A stretch of 64,000 nucleotides of DNA, taken from positions 864,001-928,000 of the forward strand of contig CAWDRG010000009.1 in assembly GCA_963804645.1 (NCBI GenBank). The letters are read 5' to 3'. Below are positions 48,921-58,225 of the stretch, piece by piece. The notes under the pieces were generated by a model. The model made no database searches and was not told the DNA's origin. It saw nothing but the letters and a program-made list of their open reading frames with translations. Source of the stretch: an uncultured Bacillota bacterium (lineage in GTDB: Bacteria > Sysuimicrobiota > Sysuimicrobiia > Sysuimicrobiales > Segetimicrobiaceae). The position numbers were made by a program, and so were the translations under genes. How positions within the stretch are numbered: the first letter of the stretch is position 1; each line of letters begins with the position of its first letter.

Positions 48921-50114
48921 GTGTCGAGCTGGCCGTTGAAGGACGTCTGCATCATCGCGGGGATCGGGACGGTGGGGTATTTCCGCCGGTGCGACCGCAC
49001 GGAGTTGTCGTTGGCGGTCGAGGCGGTGCTGCAGGCGTCGCAGGACGCGGGGATGGACGTGAAAGAGATCGACGGGGTGATCACCTACCAATACAACAAC
49101 GATTCGATCCGCCCGCAGGAGCTGGCCCAAGCATTGGGCATCCCGCGCATGCGCCTCTGGATCGAGAACTACCTGGGGGGCACGGTGGGGGCGGAGTTGA
49201 TGGCGATCGCGGTGATGGCGATTCACTGCGGGATGGCGAAGAACGTGGTCGTGTACCGGTCGGCGAAGCACCGGTCGGGACGGGTGCGGATCGGCGGATC
49301 GGGGGCGAGCGCGGACACGGGGGGGTTGGAGCAGTTTCTGGTGCCGTACGGCTGGGCGAACTTCTTCACCAGCATGGCACCGATGATGGTCCGGCACATG
49401 TACGAGTTCGGGACGAAAGAGGAGCATTTGGGGAGCGTGGCCCTCAACGCGTACGCGAACGCCGCGCTGAACGAGCACGCGGTGGGCAAAGGCTGGGGCC
49501 CCAAGACGATGGCGGAGTACATGGAGTCGCCGTACCTGGCGTACCCGTTTCGGCGATGGGACTTCGCGAGCGAAGCGGACGGGGCGTGCGCGTACCTGGT
49601 GACCGGGGCGGAGCACGCGCGGAATCTGCGGCACAAGGCGGTGTACATCACGTCGCTGGCGCAGTCCGCGACGCCGGAGCCGATGCATGCGGGGCGGTTC
49701 GCGCACTACGACTACGGCGGCAACAGCGCGATCGAGGGCTCGGCGGCGTATTTTGCCGAGGACCTGTTCGGGCGGGCCGGGATGTCGAGGAGCGATATCG
49801 ACGTCGCGCTATTGTATGATGCGAATTCCCTGGAGATCATCAAGCAGCTGGAGGGCCTCGGGTTCTGCAAGCAGGGGGACGGCGGGCCGTTCGTGGCGTC
49901 GGGGGCGATTGGGCGGACGGGGCAGCTGCCGGTGAACACGAGCGGGGGACTGCTGGCGGAAGGGTACTTCCACGGCACCAATCTCGTCAACGAAGCGGTC
50001 GAACAGCTCCGCGGCACGGCCGGCGCCCGGCAGGTCAAGGACGCCGAGGTCGCTCTGTACACCTGCGGCGGCGGGGGGGCCGGCGGGGGCGGCGCGATTC
50101 TGACCACGCGGTAA
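48921..50114 (+). CDS. Thiolase-fold protein of the Ltp2/SCP-x (lipid-transfer protein) type, probable acyl-CoA retro-aldolase, copy 1
   Basis: IAGIG, DAG..EIDG, RHMYEFG, EADGACA, ALLYDA, PVNTSGGLLAEGYFHG, EAVEQLRG..RQV; GTG with AGGAGG SD. Confidence 0.87.
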   Translation: MSSWPLKDVCIIAGIGTVGYFRRCDRTELSLAVEAVLQASQDAGMDVKEIDGVITYQYNNDSIRPQELAQALGIPRMRLWIENYLGGTVGAELMAIAVMAIHCGMAKNVVVYRSAKHRSGRVRIGGSGASADTGGLEQFLVPYGWANFFTSMAPMMVRHMYEFGTKEEHLGSVALNAYANAALNEHAVGKGWGPKTMAEYMESPYLAYPFRRWDFASEADGACAYLVTGAEHARNLRHKAVYITSLAQSATPEPMHAGRFAHYDYGGNSAIEGSAAYFAEDLFGRAGMSRSDIDVALLYDANSLEIIKQLEGLGFCKQGDGGPFVASGAIGRTGQLPVNTSGGLLAEGYFHGTNLVNEAVEQLRGTAGARQVKDAEVALYTCGGGGAGGGGAILTTR

Positions 50115-51531
50115 CCGTCCGCCGGGCGGCGTACGTAGACGCGTGACGCGGAGCACTGGGCGGGGGTCCAACGTCGTTCCTTCGCGAAGCGGGCATGCAG
50201 GTCGTAGACGAACGGCGATTCCTCGAGGAGGCGCCGCTCGTTCGTGCGTCGGTGGGCACCACATTGTCGCGTGAAAGGAGGTCCTTGGTACCGGCCGGAG
50301 CTCCTCCATGCCGGCGCGGTACACAAGACACCCGATGACGTCGAGCTGGCCGTTGAAGGACGTCTGCATCATCGCGGGGATCGGGACGGTGGGGTATTTC
50401 CGCCGGTGCGACCGCACGGAGTTGTCGTTGGCGGTCGAGGCGGTGCTGCAGGCGTCGCAGGACGCGGGGATGGACGTGAAAGAGATCGACGGGGTGATCA
50501 CCTACCAATACAACAACGATTCGATCCGCCCGCAGGAGCTGGCCCAAGCATTGGGCATCCCGCGCATGCGCCTCTGGATCGAGAACTACCTGGGGGGCAC
50601 GGTGGGGGCGGAGTTGATGGCGATCGCGGTGATGGCGATCCACTGCGGGATGGCGAAGAACGTGGTCGTGTACCGGTCGGCGAAGCACCGGTCGGGACGG
50701 GTGCGGATCGGCGGATCGGGGGCGAGCGCGGACACGGGGGGGTTGGAGCAGTTTCTGGTGCCGTACGGCTGGGCGAACTTCTTCACCAGCACGGCGCCGG
50801 AAGCGGTCCGGCACATGTACGAGTTCGGGACGAAAGAGGAGCATTTGGGGAGCGTGGCCCTCAACGCGTACGCGAACGCCGCGCTGAACGAGCACGCGGT
50901 GGGCAAAGGCTGGGGCCCCAAGACGATGGCGGAGTACATGGAGTCGCCGTACCTGGCGTACCCGTTTCGGCGATGGGACTTCGCGAGCGAAGCGGACGGG
51001 GCGTGCGCGTACCTGGTGACCGGGGCGGAGCACGCGCGGAATCTGCGGCACAAGGCGGTGTACATCACGTCGCTGGCGCAGTCCGCGACGCCGGAGCCGA
51101 TGCATGCGGGGCGGTTCGCGCACTACGACTACGGCGGCAACAGCGCGATCGAAGGCTCGGCGGCGTATTTTGCCGAGGATCTGTTCGGGCGGGCCGGGAT
51201 GTCGAGGAGCGATATCGACGTCGCGCTATTGTATGATGCGAACTCCCTGGAGATCATCAAGCAGCTGGAGGGCCTCGGGTTCTGCAAGCAGGGGGACGGC
51301 GGGCCGTTCGTGGCGTCGGGGGCGATTGGGCGGACGGGGCAGCTGCCGGTGAACACGAGCGGGGGACTGCTGGCGGAAGGGTACTTCCACGGCACCAATC
51401 TCGTCAACGAAGCGGTCGAACAGCTCCGCGGCACGGCCGGCGCCCGGCAGGTCAAGGACGCCGAGGTCGCCCTCTATTCCTGCGGGGGAGGCTCGACCGG
51501 CGGCGGGGGCGCGATTCTCACTGTGAAATAG
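48924..51531 (+). repeat. Tandem near-identical gene duplication (48924-50114 vs 50341-51531, offset 1417)
   Basis: Sequences match base for base except for a few scattered synonymous changes, one 15-nt patch and the last ~60 nt. Confidence 0.95.
50335..51531 (+). CDS. Thiolase-fold Ltp2/SCP-x type protein, copy 2
   Basis: As copy 1; differs at STAPEAV vs SMAPMMV and at the C-terminus. Confidence 0.87.
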   Translation: MTSSWPLKDVCIIAGIGTVGYFRRCDRTELSLAVEAVLQASQDAGMDVKEIDGVITYQYNNDSIRPQELAQALGIPRMRLWIENYLGGTVGAELMAIAVMAIHCGMAKNVVVYRSAKHRSGRVRIGGSGASADTGGLEQFLVPYGWANFFTSTAPEAVRHMYEFGTKEEHLGSVALNAYANAALNEHAVGKGWGPKTMAEYMESPYLAYPFRRWDFASEADGACAYLVTGAEHARNLRHKAVYITSLAQSATPEPMHAGRFAHYDYGGNSAIEGSAAYFAEDLFGRAGMSRSDIDVALLYDANSLEIIKQLEGLGFCKQGDGGPFVASGAIGRTGQLPVNTSGGLLAEGYFHGTNLVNEAVEQLRGTAGARQVKDAEVALYSCGGGSTGGGGAILTVK

Positions 51532-51544
51532 AGGAGGCTCCACG

Positions 51545-51964
51545 ATGGATGCACCGCTGACTCGGCCGCTTCCCATCTGGGACACGGATACCGTCGAGTA
51601 CTGGACGGGCGCGCGGGAGCACAAGTTGATGGTCAAGCGCTGCACTCGCTGCGGACACGTCAGCTTTCCGCCGCACCCGATCTGCCGCCGCTGTTCCTCG
51701 ATGGAGTTGGAGTGGGTGTCCTCGGCCGGCCGCGGCCACATCTACACGTGGACCACGGTGTACCGGAGTACTCGTCCTGAGTTCGTCGCCGACGTGCCGT
51801 ACACGCTCGCGGTCGTCGAGCTCACCGACTATCCGATCCGGATCCCGGCACGGCTCAAAGGCGTGGCGCCCGGCGAGGTGAAGATCGGGGCACCGGTGCG
51901 CGTCGGGTTTGAGGACGTGACGCCGGAGGTGAGTCTCCCGTTTTGGGAGCTCTCGGACGACTGA
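51545..51964 (+). CDS. DUF35 Zn-ribbon/OB-fold protein (ChsH2 C-terminal-like)
   Basis: YWTGAREHKL..RCTRCG...FPP..ICRRC, GRGHIYTWT, PYTLAVVEL, IGAPVRVGF; SD GAGGAGG. Confidence 0.92.
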   Translation: MDAPLTRPLPIWDTDTVEYWTGAREHKLMVKRCTRCGHVSFPPHPICRRCSSMELEWVSSAGRGHIYTWTTVYRSTRPEFVADVPYTLAVVELTDYPIRIPARLKGVAPGEVKIGAPVRVGFEDVTPEVSLPFWELSDD

Positions 51965-52073
51965 TCTCGGATCCTCGGCGTCTCCTCGAAGAGCGGGGCG
52001 CGCGGTGCTCGCGTTCCGGGATTCGCACTGACGGGAATCGGCGGGTCGAACAGCGGCGCGCGTCCGCGGAGGA

Positions 52074-52100
52074 GAGGAGTTCGGAATTGCAAAACGAATC
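52074..52100 (+). promoter_or_regulatory. Conserved upstream motif GAGGAGTTCG-N6-CAAAACGAATC (copy 2)
   Basis: Matches 33277-33303 at 21 of 27 positions (both flanking blocks identical). Confidence 0.55.
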
Positions 52101-52177
52101 GGGGGAACCTGTGGCGCGCGTGCGCGTGCGGCGCATGCGCGAGCTCACTTGCGAGGACGCTTTGGAGGGAGGCGGGC

Positions 52178-53854
52178 ATGACTGAGAAGCACCGTTCCAA
52201 GAAAGGCGTGAGAGGCGCCCCGGCTCCCGCGCTGTCCCGTCGAACGCTGCTTGGACACGCCGCGCGCGCGGCGGCGCTCTTGGCCCCAGGTCTCGCTGTC
52301 GTGGAGCGGGCGTCGGCCGCACCCGGCACACCGCTCCTGGCGGCCGCGGGGCCGCGCCAGGCGCCGGTCGGGACGCTGCGCGTGGCCCTCTCCGACATCG
52401 GGTCGGAGCGATTCGATCCGCGGATCGACTCGGCCGGCTCGCAGCTTGTGTGGGCCGAAATCTTCGAGCCGCTCATCGGCGTCGACGCGGACGGGAAGCT
52501 GGACAACTCCGGGCTGGCTCCCCGCTGGGAGATCAGCCCGGACGGAAAGAGCATCACGTTTCACCTGGCCGCGGCGCGCTGGCACGACGGGGTCGAGTTC
52601 ACCGCGGACGATGTGAAGTACAATCTCGACGTCTACTACCGTGCGCCGGGCACGTTGAGCCTCGCGGGCGGGTTCATCAAAGCGAACGTGATCTCGACGA
52701 CGGTGCGCGACAAGTCCACGATCACGGTGACGCTCAACTCGCCGGTGGCGCCGAACCTCGCCCAGTTCGGCAACGCCGAAGGCGAACTCTATATCGTGCC
52801 CAAGCATTACCTCGAGACGAACGGGCTCGACGCGATGGCGAAGACCCCGATCGGGACCGGGCCGTTGAAGTTCGGCCGCCAGCAACTCGGGCAGTGGGTG
52901 GAAATCGACAGCAACACGGACTACCGCAACCCGGCGCGCATCCCGCGGTACAAGACCGCGCGGGTCTCCGGGATCGCAGAGCCGGCCACGCGCGTCGCGG
53001 CGCTCCGGACGGGCCAGGTCGACCTCGCAGAGGTGGATCCCAGCGACGTGCCGGGACTGCAGCTGGCCGGGTTCACCATGAAGCCGCTCCGGTACGGCGC
53101 GCTCACGGTCGGGTTTTTCCTCAAGGCCTACGATCCGAGCAAGATCGCGACCCACGTGGAGTTTCGCAAAGCGTTGAACCTCGCCATCGACCGGCAGGCG
53201 ATCTTCAAGGCCATTTATCCTCCCGGGACCGCCGAGATCCTCCACGGGAGCGGGCTGTACACGCCCGGCGCGATCGGGGATGATCAGAGTCTGCAGCCGT
53301 ATCCGTACCAGCCGGACGAGGCACGCCGGCTGCTGACGGGACTCTACCACGGAGAGCCGGTCACGATTTGGAGCTTCTCGCTCGGCTTCGATCCCGAGGA
53401 GTTTCAAGTGAACGATCTCATCCAGGGGTACTGGCAGAAGGTCGGCCTGAACGTCACCGTCCAGCGCATCGAGTACGCGACCTTCCGGCCCCGCACGGCG
53501 ACGCAAGACTATCCCGGGCCGGCCGAGACGGCGGTGTTCGCGCCCGCCCCGCGGCCGTCGATGGTCTCGCAGATTCTCGTGTTTCTCGCCGCGATCAGCG
53601 ATGGCGGGACCATCGACGTCGCGATCGACCATCAACGGGCGAAGGCCTGGTATGACGAACTCGTGCAGATGAAGGACCCGGCGATGCTGCAGCAGCGGCT
53701 GCGTGAGATCAACCGGACGATGTACCAGGAGTACTGGAACTTTCCGCTGTTCCTCAAGCATATTCCGTTCGCGTACCAGAAGACGGTGGCGTCCTGGGAG
53801 CCCGGCGCGTACCATCGCGAATACATCCGGCTGTGGTCTGCGGTGCCGGCCTGA
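52178..53854 (+). CDS. Peptide/nickel ABC substrate-binding protein (family 5) with Tat signal, close paralog of 33407-35062
   Basis: LSRRTLLG; colinear with 33407-35062, identical C-terminus YQKTVASWEPGAYHREYIRLWSAVPA. Confidence 0.93.
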   Translation: MTEKHRSKKGVRGAPAPALSRRTLLGHAARAAALLAPGLAVVERASAAPGTPLLAAAGPRQAPVGTLRVALSDIGSERFDPRIDSAGSQLVWAEIFEPLIGVDADGKLDNSGLAPRWEISPDGKSITFHLAAARWHDGVEFTADDVKYNLDVYYRAPGTLSLAGGFIKANVISTTVRDKSTITVTLNSPVAPNLAQFGNAEGELYIVPKHYLETNGLDAMAKTPIGTGPLKFGRQQLGQWVEIDSNTDYRNPARIPRYKTARVSGIAEPATRVAALRTGQVDLAEVDPSDVPGLQLAGFTMKPLRYGALTVGFFLKAYDPSKIATHVEFRKALNLAIDRQAIFKAIYPPGTAEILHGSGLYTPGAIGDDQSLQPYPYQPDEARRLLTGLYHGEPVTIWSFSLGFDPEEFQVNDLIQGYWQKVGLNVTVQRIEYATFRPRTATQDYPGPAETAVFAPAPRPSMVSQILVFLAAISDGGTIDVAIDHQRAKAWYDELVQMKDPAMLQQRLREINRTMYQEYWNFPLFLKHIPFAYQKTVASWEPGAYHREYIRLWSAVPA

Positions 53855-53893
53855 GCACGAGCGGCTGGGAGCGGCCGTTGGGAGGGAGCATAG

Positions 53894-55351
53894 ATGTCTG
53901 TCATCGCGACAACTGAGTCGACGGCCTGGTCGCCGACGGATGCGCTGCTTGGGTTCGTGGACACGTGGCGCGGCACGCCGCTGCCGCGGGACGTCCATCA
54001 GCGCGCCAAGCAGGTGGTGCTGGACACGCTCGCCTGCTACGTCGGCGCGACGGGGCTGGCGTCCGGCCGCGTGTTGAAGGCGTTTGCGGAGGAATCGACC
54101 GGAAGTTTGGAACTGTTTCCGTTCTCGTCCGGGGTGTCTCCCGATGCCGCCGCGTTCGTGTCCGCGTCGCTGACCAACCTGCTCGACGCGGATGATACGT
54201 TCTACAACCGGGCGCACATCTGCGCCCCGATGGTGGTGCCGACGCTCATTCTGGGAAGTCTCCACGGGAGATCCTTGCGCGACGCGGTGCGCGCGATCGC
54301 GATTGCCTACGAGGTCACGGCCCGGATTGCCCTGTCGTGCGCGGCGCGGTACTACACGGTCGAGGGGAACAAGGTGAGATCCGCGGCCGTCGCCGGGTTC
54401 AGTTGGGTCGCCCCTGGCGCGGCACTGGCCTTGGGGCTGATCCGCGGCCTCGATGCGGTGGCGCTCAGATCGGCGTTCGGCGTCGCCGCCTACGGCGCTC
54501 CCGTCCCGACGAATTCCAACTGGCACGTCGACTACCCGCCCGAGTCGATGACGAAGTACTGCCACTACGCCGCGGCGGCGCAGTCCGCGATGTCGGCGGT
54601 CGCGCTGGCCGCGCACGGCTTCGTGGGACCGGGCCGAGTCTTCGATGGGCCCCATGGCTTTCGCCGGCTGATCGGGGCGAGCGATTGGGACGATACCGCG
54701 ATCCGCGACGGGATTCCCGGGCGGTGGGCGGTTTCCGAGACGTCGCTGAAGCGGTATCCGGCGTGCCGATTGTGGCACGGGGCGCTGTACGGCTTGGAGC
54801 TGCTGGCGGGCCAGCACGACGTCGCGGTGGAGCAGATCACGAGCGTCGACGTCAAGTTGGGGATGTTGAATCCGATGCAAGTGAGACTCGCGACGGAACA
54901 GCCGCCGCTGACGGAGATTTCGGCGCAGTTCTCGGTCCCGTACGACGCCGCGCAGGTGCTCGAGCGACGGACCCCGGGCCCGGCGTGGTATCGCCCGGAG
55001 CAGCTGCGCAGCGAGCGGACGATGAGCCTGATGAAGCGCATCCACGTGTCGGTGGACCCCGAGTTGAACAGCCAAATGGCGGAAGAGGTCAAGCGGGTCG
55101 GGCACTTCGGGTTCCGGACGACATGGGCGGTGGCGATCACGTTGGACTCGGGCAGGGTGCTCACGCAGTCGGGCGGCAATGCGCCGGGCGACCCGTTCAT
55201 TCCAGAGTTGAACACGCCTTTTGACGAGACGAAGACCAAGTTCCGCCAGTATTATGAGCAGGCGCGGAGGGCCGCGCCGTCGGACCAGGCACAGCAGACG
55301 CTGCTCGACGACAACGCGACGTGCGCAGAGGTCCTCGCGGCGCTGCAGTGA
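53894..55351 (+). CDS. MmgE/PrpD family protein, paralog of 44005-45462
   Basis: Same length (485 aa); NLLDADD..H, PTNSNWHV.YPP.SMTKY, LKRYPACRLWHGALYGLE, AQFSVPY. Confidence 0.88.
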   Translation: MSVIATTESTAWSPTDALLGFVDTWRGTPLPRDVHQRAKQVVLDTLACYVGATGLASGRVLKAFAEESTGSLELFPFSSGVSPDAAAFVSASLTNLLDADDTFYNRAHICAPMVVPTLILGSLHGRSLRDAVRAIAIAYEVTARIALSCAARYYTVEGNKVRSAAVAGFSWVAPGAALALGLIRGLDAVALRSAFGVAAYGAPVPTNSNWHVDYPPESMTKYCHYAAAAQSAMSAVALAAHGFVGPGRVFDGPHGFRRLIGASDWDDTAIRDGIPGRWAVSETSLKRYPACRLWHGALYGLELLAGQHDVAVEQITSVDVKLGMLNPMQVRLATEQPPLTEISAQFSVPYDAAQVLERRTPGPAWYRPEQLRSERTMSLMKRIHVSVDPELNSQMAEEVKRVGHFGFRTTWAVAITLDSGRVLTQSGGNAPGDPFIPELNTPFDETKTKFRQYYEQARRAAPSDQAQQTLLDDNATCAEVLAALQ

Positions 55352-55606
55352 GGATCCGGCGTTCGACGGGCCGGGCCCGGGGCGCCGACCTGAACATCCC
55401 GTGCCCGCTGGACGCGCGTGACCCACGCTCAGCCGGAGGCGCGTCCGCGCCGTACGATGCATCAGGAGACCCCAGTCGACGGTCGCAACAATTCCGCGGC
55501 CGAGATCGTCATGGTCTGGTCCGCCTCCGGGTGGTCCTCACCGTGCGGCGCGGCCGCGCGAGTCACGGTGTGCCGTGCGATCCTCGCGTCCGACGCGGCG
55601 CCGTGC

Positions 55607-56617
55607 TCAGCCGCACACCTGTCGAAATACGCGCAAAAAATTGCCGCCCATGATCTTCTGAACGTCCTGCACGCTGAATCCCCGCGCGAGCAGAGCCGCC
55701 GTCAACCGCGGCAGACCGGACGGACTGTCCAGGCCCTCCGGGTAATGCCACGGCGGCGGCGGATATCCATCGGCGGTCCACACGCCCTCGGCCAGCAGCC
55801 GCCGGTATAGGGCGGCCGCCACGCGGGTCGGGGCCACTCCGGCCATGCCGTCAAAATAGTCGAGACCGAGCGCGATGGCGTCTGTCCCCACGAGCTGCGC
55901 AATGTGCTCGATATGCGCGATCAAATGCTCGAGCGTCGGCTTCGGGACGGGCGCGACGAACGCGGGGAACCCCACGACGCCGATCGTGCCGCCGCGCGCC
56001 GCGACCGCGCGGATCTGGTCGTCACGAAGGTTGCGGACGGAGTCGCACACTGCCCGGCAGTTCGCGTGGCTGAAGACCGGCGGTGCGCTCGACACGTCCA
56101 TCGCGTCCATCGTGGTGCGGTACCCCGTGTGCGACAAATCCACGATGAGGCCCAGGCGGTTCATCTCCTGGATCATACGCACACCGAACCGCGACAGTCC
56201 GGCGTCGGTCCGCTCCTCGCAGCCGTCGCCCACTCGGTTCTTGCGGTTGTACGTCAGCTGCACCATCCGCACGCCCAGCCGCGCGTACGCCGCCAGCAGG
56301 TTGAGATCGTCGACCACGGGATCCGTGTCTTGGAAGTGAAAGATGATGCCGAGGCGGCCCTGGTTCTTCGCGGTCGTGACATCGGTGGCGCGCGTGACGT
56401 GAATGAACTTCTCCGGATGGGCTTCGATCCGCGCGAGCCACCGCGCGATACTCCGCATCGCACCATCGATCCCATCGGACGCGTTGAGGGATGGCGCGAC
56501 CGCGGTGGTGCCGCCGCGAATCCACTCGTCGATCGATTCTTCGCGGTTGGCCAGGGGACACGTGGCGTCGATCACAATCGCCTCGCGGTGCACGAGCTCC
56601 GCGTCTGGTGGTGTCAC
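55607..56617 (-). CDS. Membrane dipeptidase (peptidase M19) family protein
   Basis: LGVRMVQLTYNRKN, GLSRFG..MNRLGLIVDLSHTG, FSHAN, RNLRDDQI, LGLDY, KIMGGNFLRV; GTG 56617 with GGGAGG SD. Confidence 0.9.
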   Translation of the reverse strand: MTPPDAELVHREAIVIDATCPLANREESIDEWIRGGTTAVAPSLNASDGIDGAMRSIARWLARIEAHPEKFIHVTRATDVTTAKNQGRLGIIFHFQDTDPVVDDLNLLAAYARLGVRMVQLTYNRKNRVGDGCEERTDAGLSRFGVRMIQEMNRLGLIVDLSHTGYRTTMDAMDVSSAPPVFSHANCRAVCDSVRNLRDDQIRAVAARGGTIGVVGFPAFVAPVPKPTLEHLIAHIEHIAQLVGTDAIALGLDYFDGMAGVAPTRVAAALYRRLLAEGVWTADGYPPPPWHYPEGLDSPSGLPRLTAALLARGFSVQDVQKIMGGNFLRVFRQVCG

Positions 56618-56748
56618 CGGTCGGCCCTCCCACGCACTCTGGATCGCATTCCGAGCGGCCTCGTTCTCGTTCCCATACGTGCGCCTGGTTCCTGCATGTC
56701 CCGCGCTTCGGAGGGTTCCTCGCGCCCGGTGCCCAAGCACAGGGCGTC

Positions 56749-58128
56749 ATGAGCCGGACGGTCGTCATCGGGGCGGGCGTGATCGGCCTTGCCTGCGCCT
56801 ACGAACTGCGGCGCCGGGGCGACGAGGTGATCGTACTCGACCGCATCGGACCGGGGGCGGCCGCGTCGGCGGGAAATACCGGATGGATCGTCCCCTCGTT
56901 TTCCGGTCCCGTGCCCGCGCCGGGGCTCGTGGGTCAGTCCGTCCGGTGGATGCTCTCGTCGGACAGCCCGCTGTACGTGAAGCCGCGCCTGGACCCGGGG
57001 TTTCTGCTGTGGCTGTGGGCGTTCTGGAAGTACTGCACCAAGTCCGCGTACGAAGCCGGCCTCGACGCGGTGGCGGCCCTGAACACACAGACGATGGCGT
57101 TGTATGACGCGCTTGCCGCCGACGGCGTCCGCTTTGAGATGCACTGTCAAGGCGTCCTGTTCGTGTTCCTCGGGCGCGCGGCGCTCGAGCATGTTGGAGC
57201 CGACTTGGAGCGCATGCGGAGGTACGGATACGAGCCCGCGGAAACCCTTACCGCACACGAGGTGCGCGATCTCGAGCCGCTCCTGTCGGCCAATGTGATC
57301 GGCGGGATCGTGGCGGGCCGCGAACGGCACGTGAGACCGGAGAGCCTGGTAGCGGGGTTCGTGGAACGGTTGTCGGCGCTGGGTGTCGACCTTCGCGGCG
57401 GCACCGAGGTCACGGGCTTTCGGCGCCGGGGGCCGACGTCGACGAGTGATCGACGCGCGGCCGGCGGCATCGGGGCGGTCGAGACTTCGACGGGGGCCAT
57501 CGACACCGACCGCGTTGTCGTCGCCGCCGGCGCGTGGTCGGGACAACTGGTGCGCCACCTCGGATTCCGTCTGCCGCTGCAGGCGGGGACGGGATACAGC
57601 ATCACGCTGGAGCAGCCGGACGCGCAGCTGGGCCGGCCCCTCTACCTGGATGAGGCGCGCGTGGCGGTCAGCAACTTCGATGGCGCGCTGCGTTTGGCCG
57701 GCACGATGGAGCTGTCGGGCCTGAACGCCGGCCTCAATGCGCGGCGTGTCGGGGCGATCCTCCGGTCGGCGGACCGCTACCTCGTGGGCTGGCGGCGCGC
57801 GCTCGGCGAACGCGTCTGGGTCGGGATGCGGCCGCTCACCCCCGATGGCCTGCCGGTGATCGGCGCCGTGCCGGGCGCAGACAACGTCTATCTGGCGACG
57901 GGACACGGCATGCTCGGCGTGACGCTGGCGCCGGCGACGGCGGTGGCGCTCGCCGAGCTGATGGTGACGGGACGCCGGAGTGCCGCGCTGTCGCCGTTCG
58001 ATCCGGCGCGCTTTCTCCCGCGGCGGTCCTCGGGACGCGTGCCTCCGCGCGGCGACCCGCGGGTCCGGTCATCCGCAGTACCTGACCGTCGCGAAGCCCC
58101 GAGCGGCGGGCGTTGGATGTCGCAGTGA
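56749..58128 (+). CDS. FAD-dependent D-amino acid dehydrogenase (DadA-like)
   Basis: VIGAGVIG, ASAGNTG, SPLYVKPR, AAGAWS, GYSIT, RLAGTMEL, WVGMRPLTPDGLPVIG, ATGHGMLG. Confidence 0.9.
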   Translation: MSRTVVIGAGVIGLACAYELRRRGDEVIVLDRIGPGAAASAGNTGWIVPSFSGPVPAPGLVGQSVRWMLSSDSPLYVKPRLDPGFLLWLWAFWKYCTKSAYEAGLDAVAALNTQTMALYDALAADGVRFEMHCQGVLFVFLGRAALEHVGADLERMRRYGYEPAETLTAHEVRDLEPLLSANVIGGIVAGRERHVRPESLVAGFVERLSALGVDLRGGTEVTGFRRRGPTSTSDRRAAGGIGAVETSTGAIDTDRVVVAAGAWSGQLVRHLGFRLPLQAGTGYSITLEQPDAQLGRPLYLDEARVAVSNFDGALRLAGTMELSGLNAGLNARRVGAILRSADRYLVGWRRALGERVWVGMRPLTPDGLPVIGAVPGADNVYLATGHGMLGVTLAPATAVALAELMVTGRRSAALSPFDPARFLPRRSSGRVPPRGDPRVRSSAVPDRREAPSGGRWMSQ

Positions 58129-58225
58129 ACCGGATCGTGCTGGGTGGCGCGCATTGGTACGTCAGCAGCGCCGCACACCACCTGGGCGCGGCCATGCGCT
58201 GCGTCCAGAGCACTTTGCCTTCCTG

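Noticed and set aside
50274..50338. Strong SD followed by a 17-codon TTG ORF whose stop overlaps the ATG of thiolase-fold copy 2
   Set aside because: SD-to-TTG spacing is only about 3 nt and there is no other support; it could be chance.
48921..51531. Canonical acetyl-CoA acetyltransferases
   Set aside because: The nucleophilic CxSG and the NEAF/GHP motifs are absent; the Tyr-containing motifs fit the Ltp2/SCP-x type.
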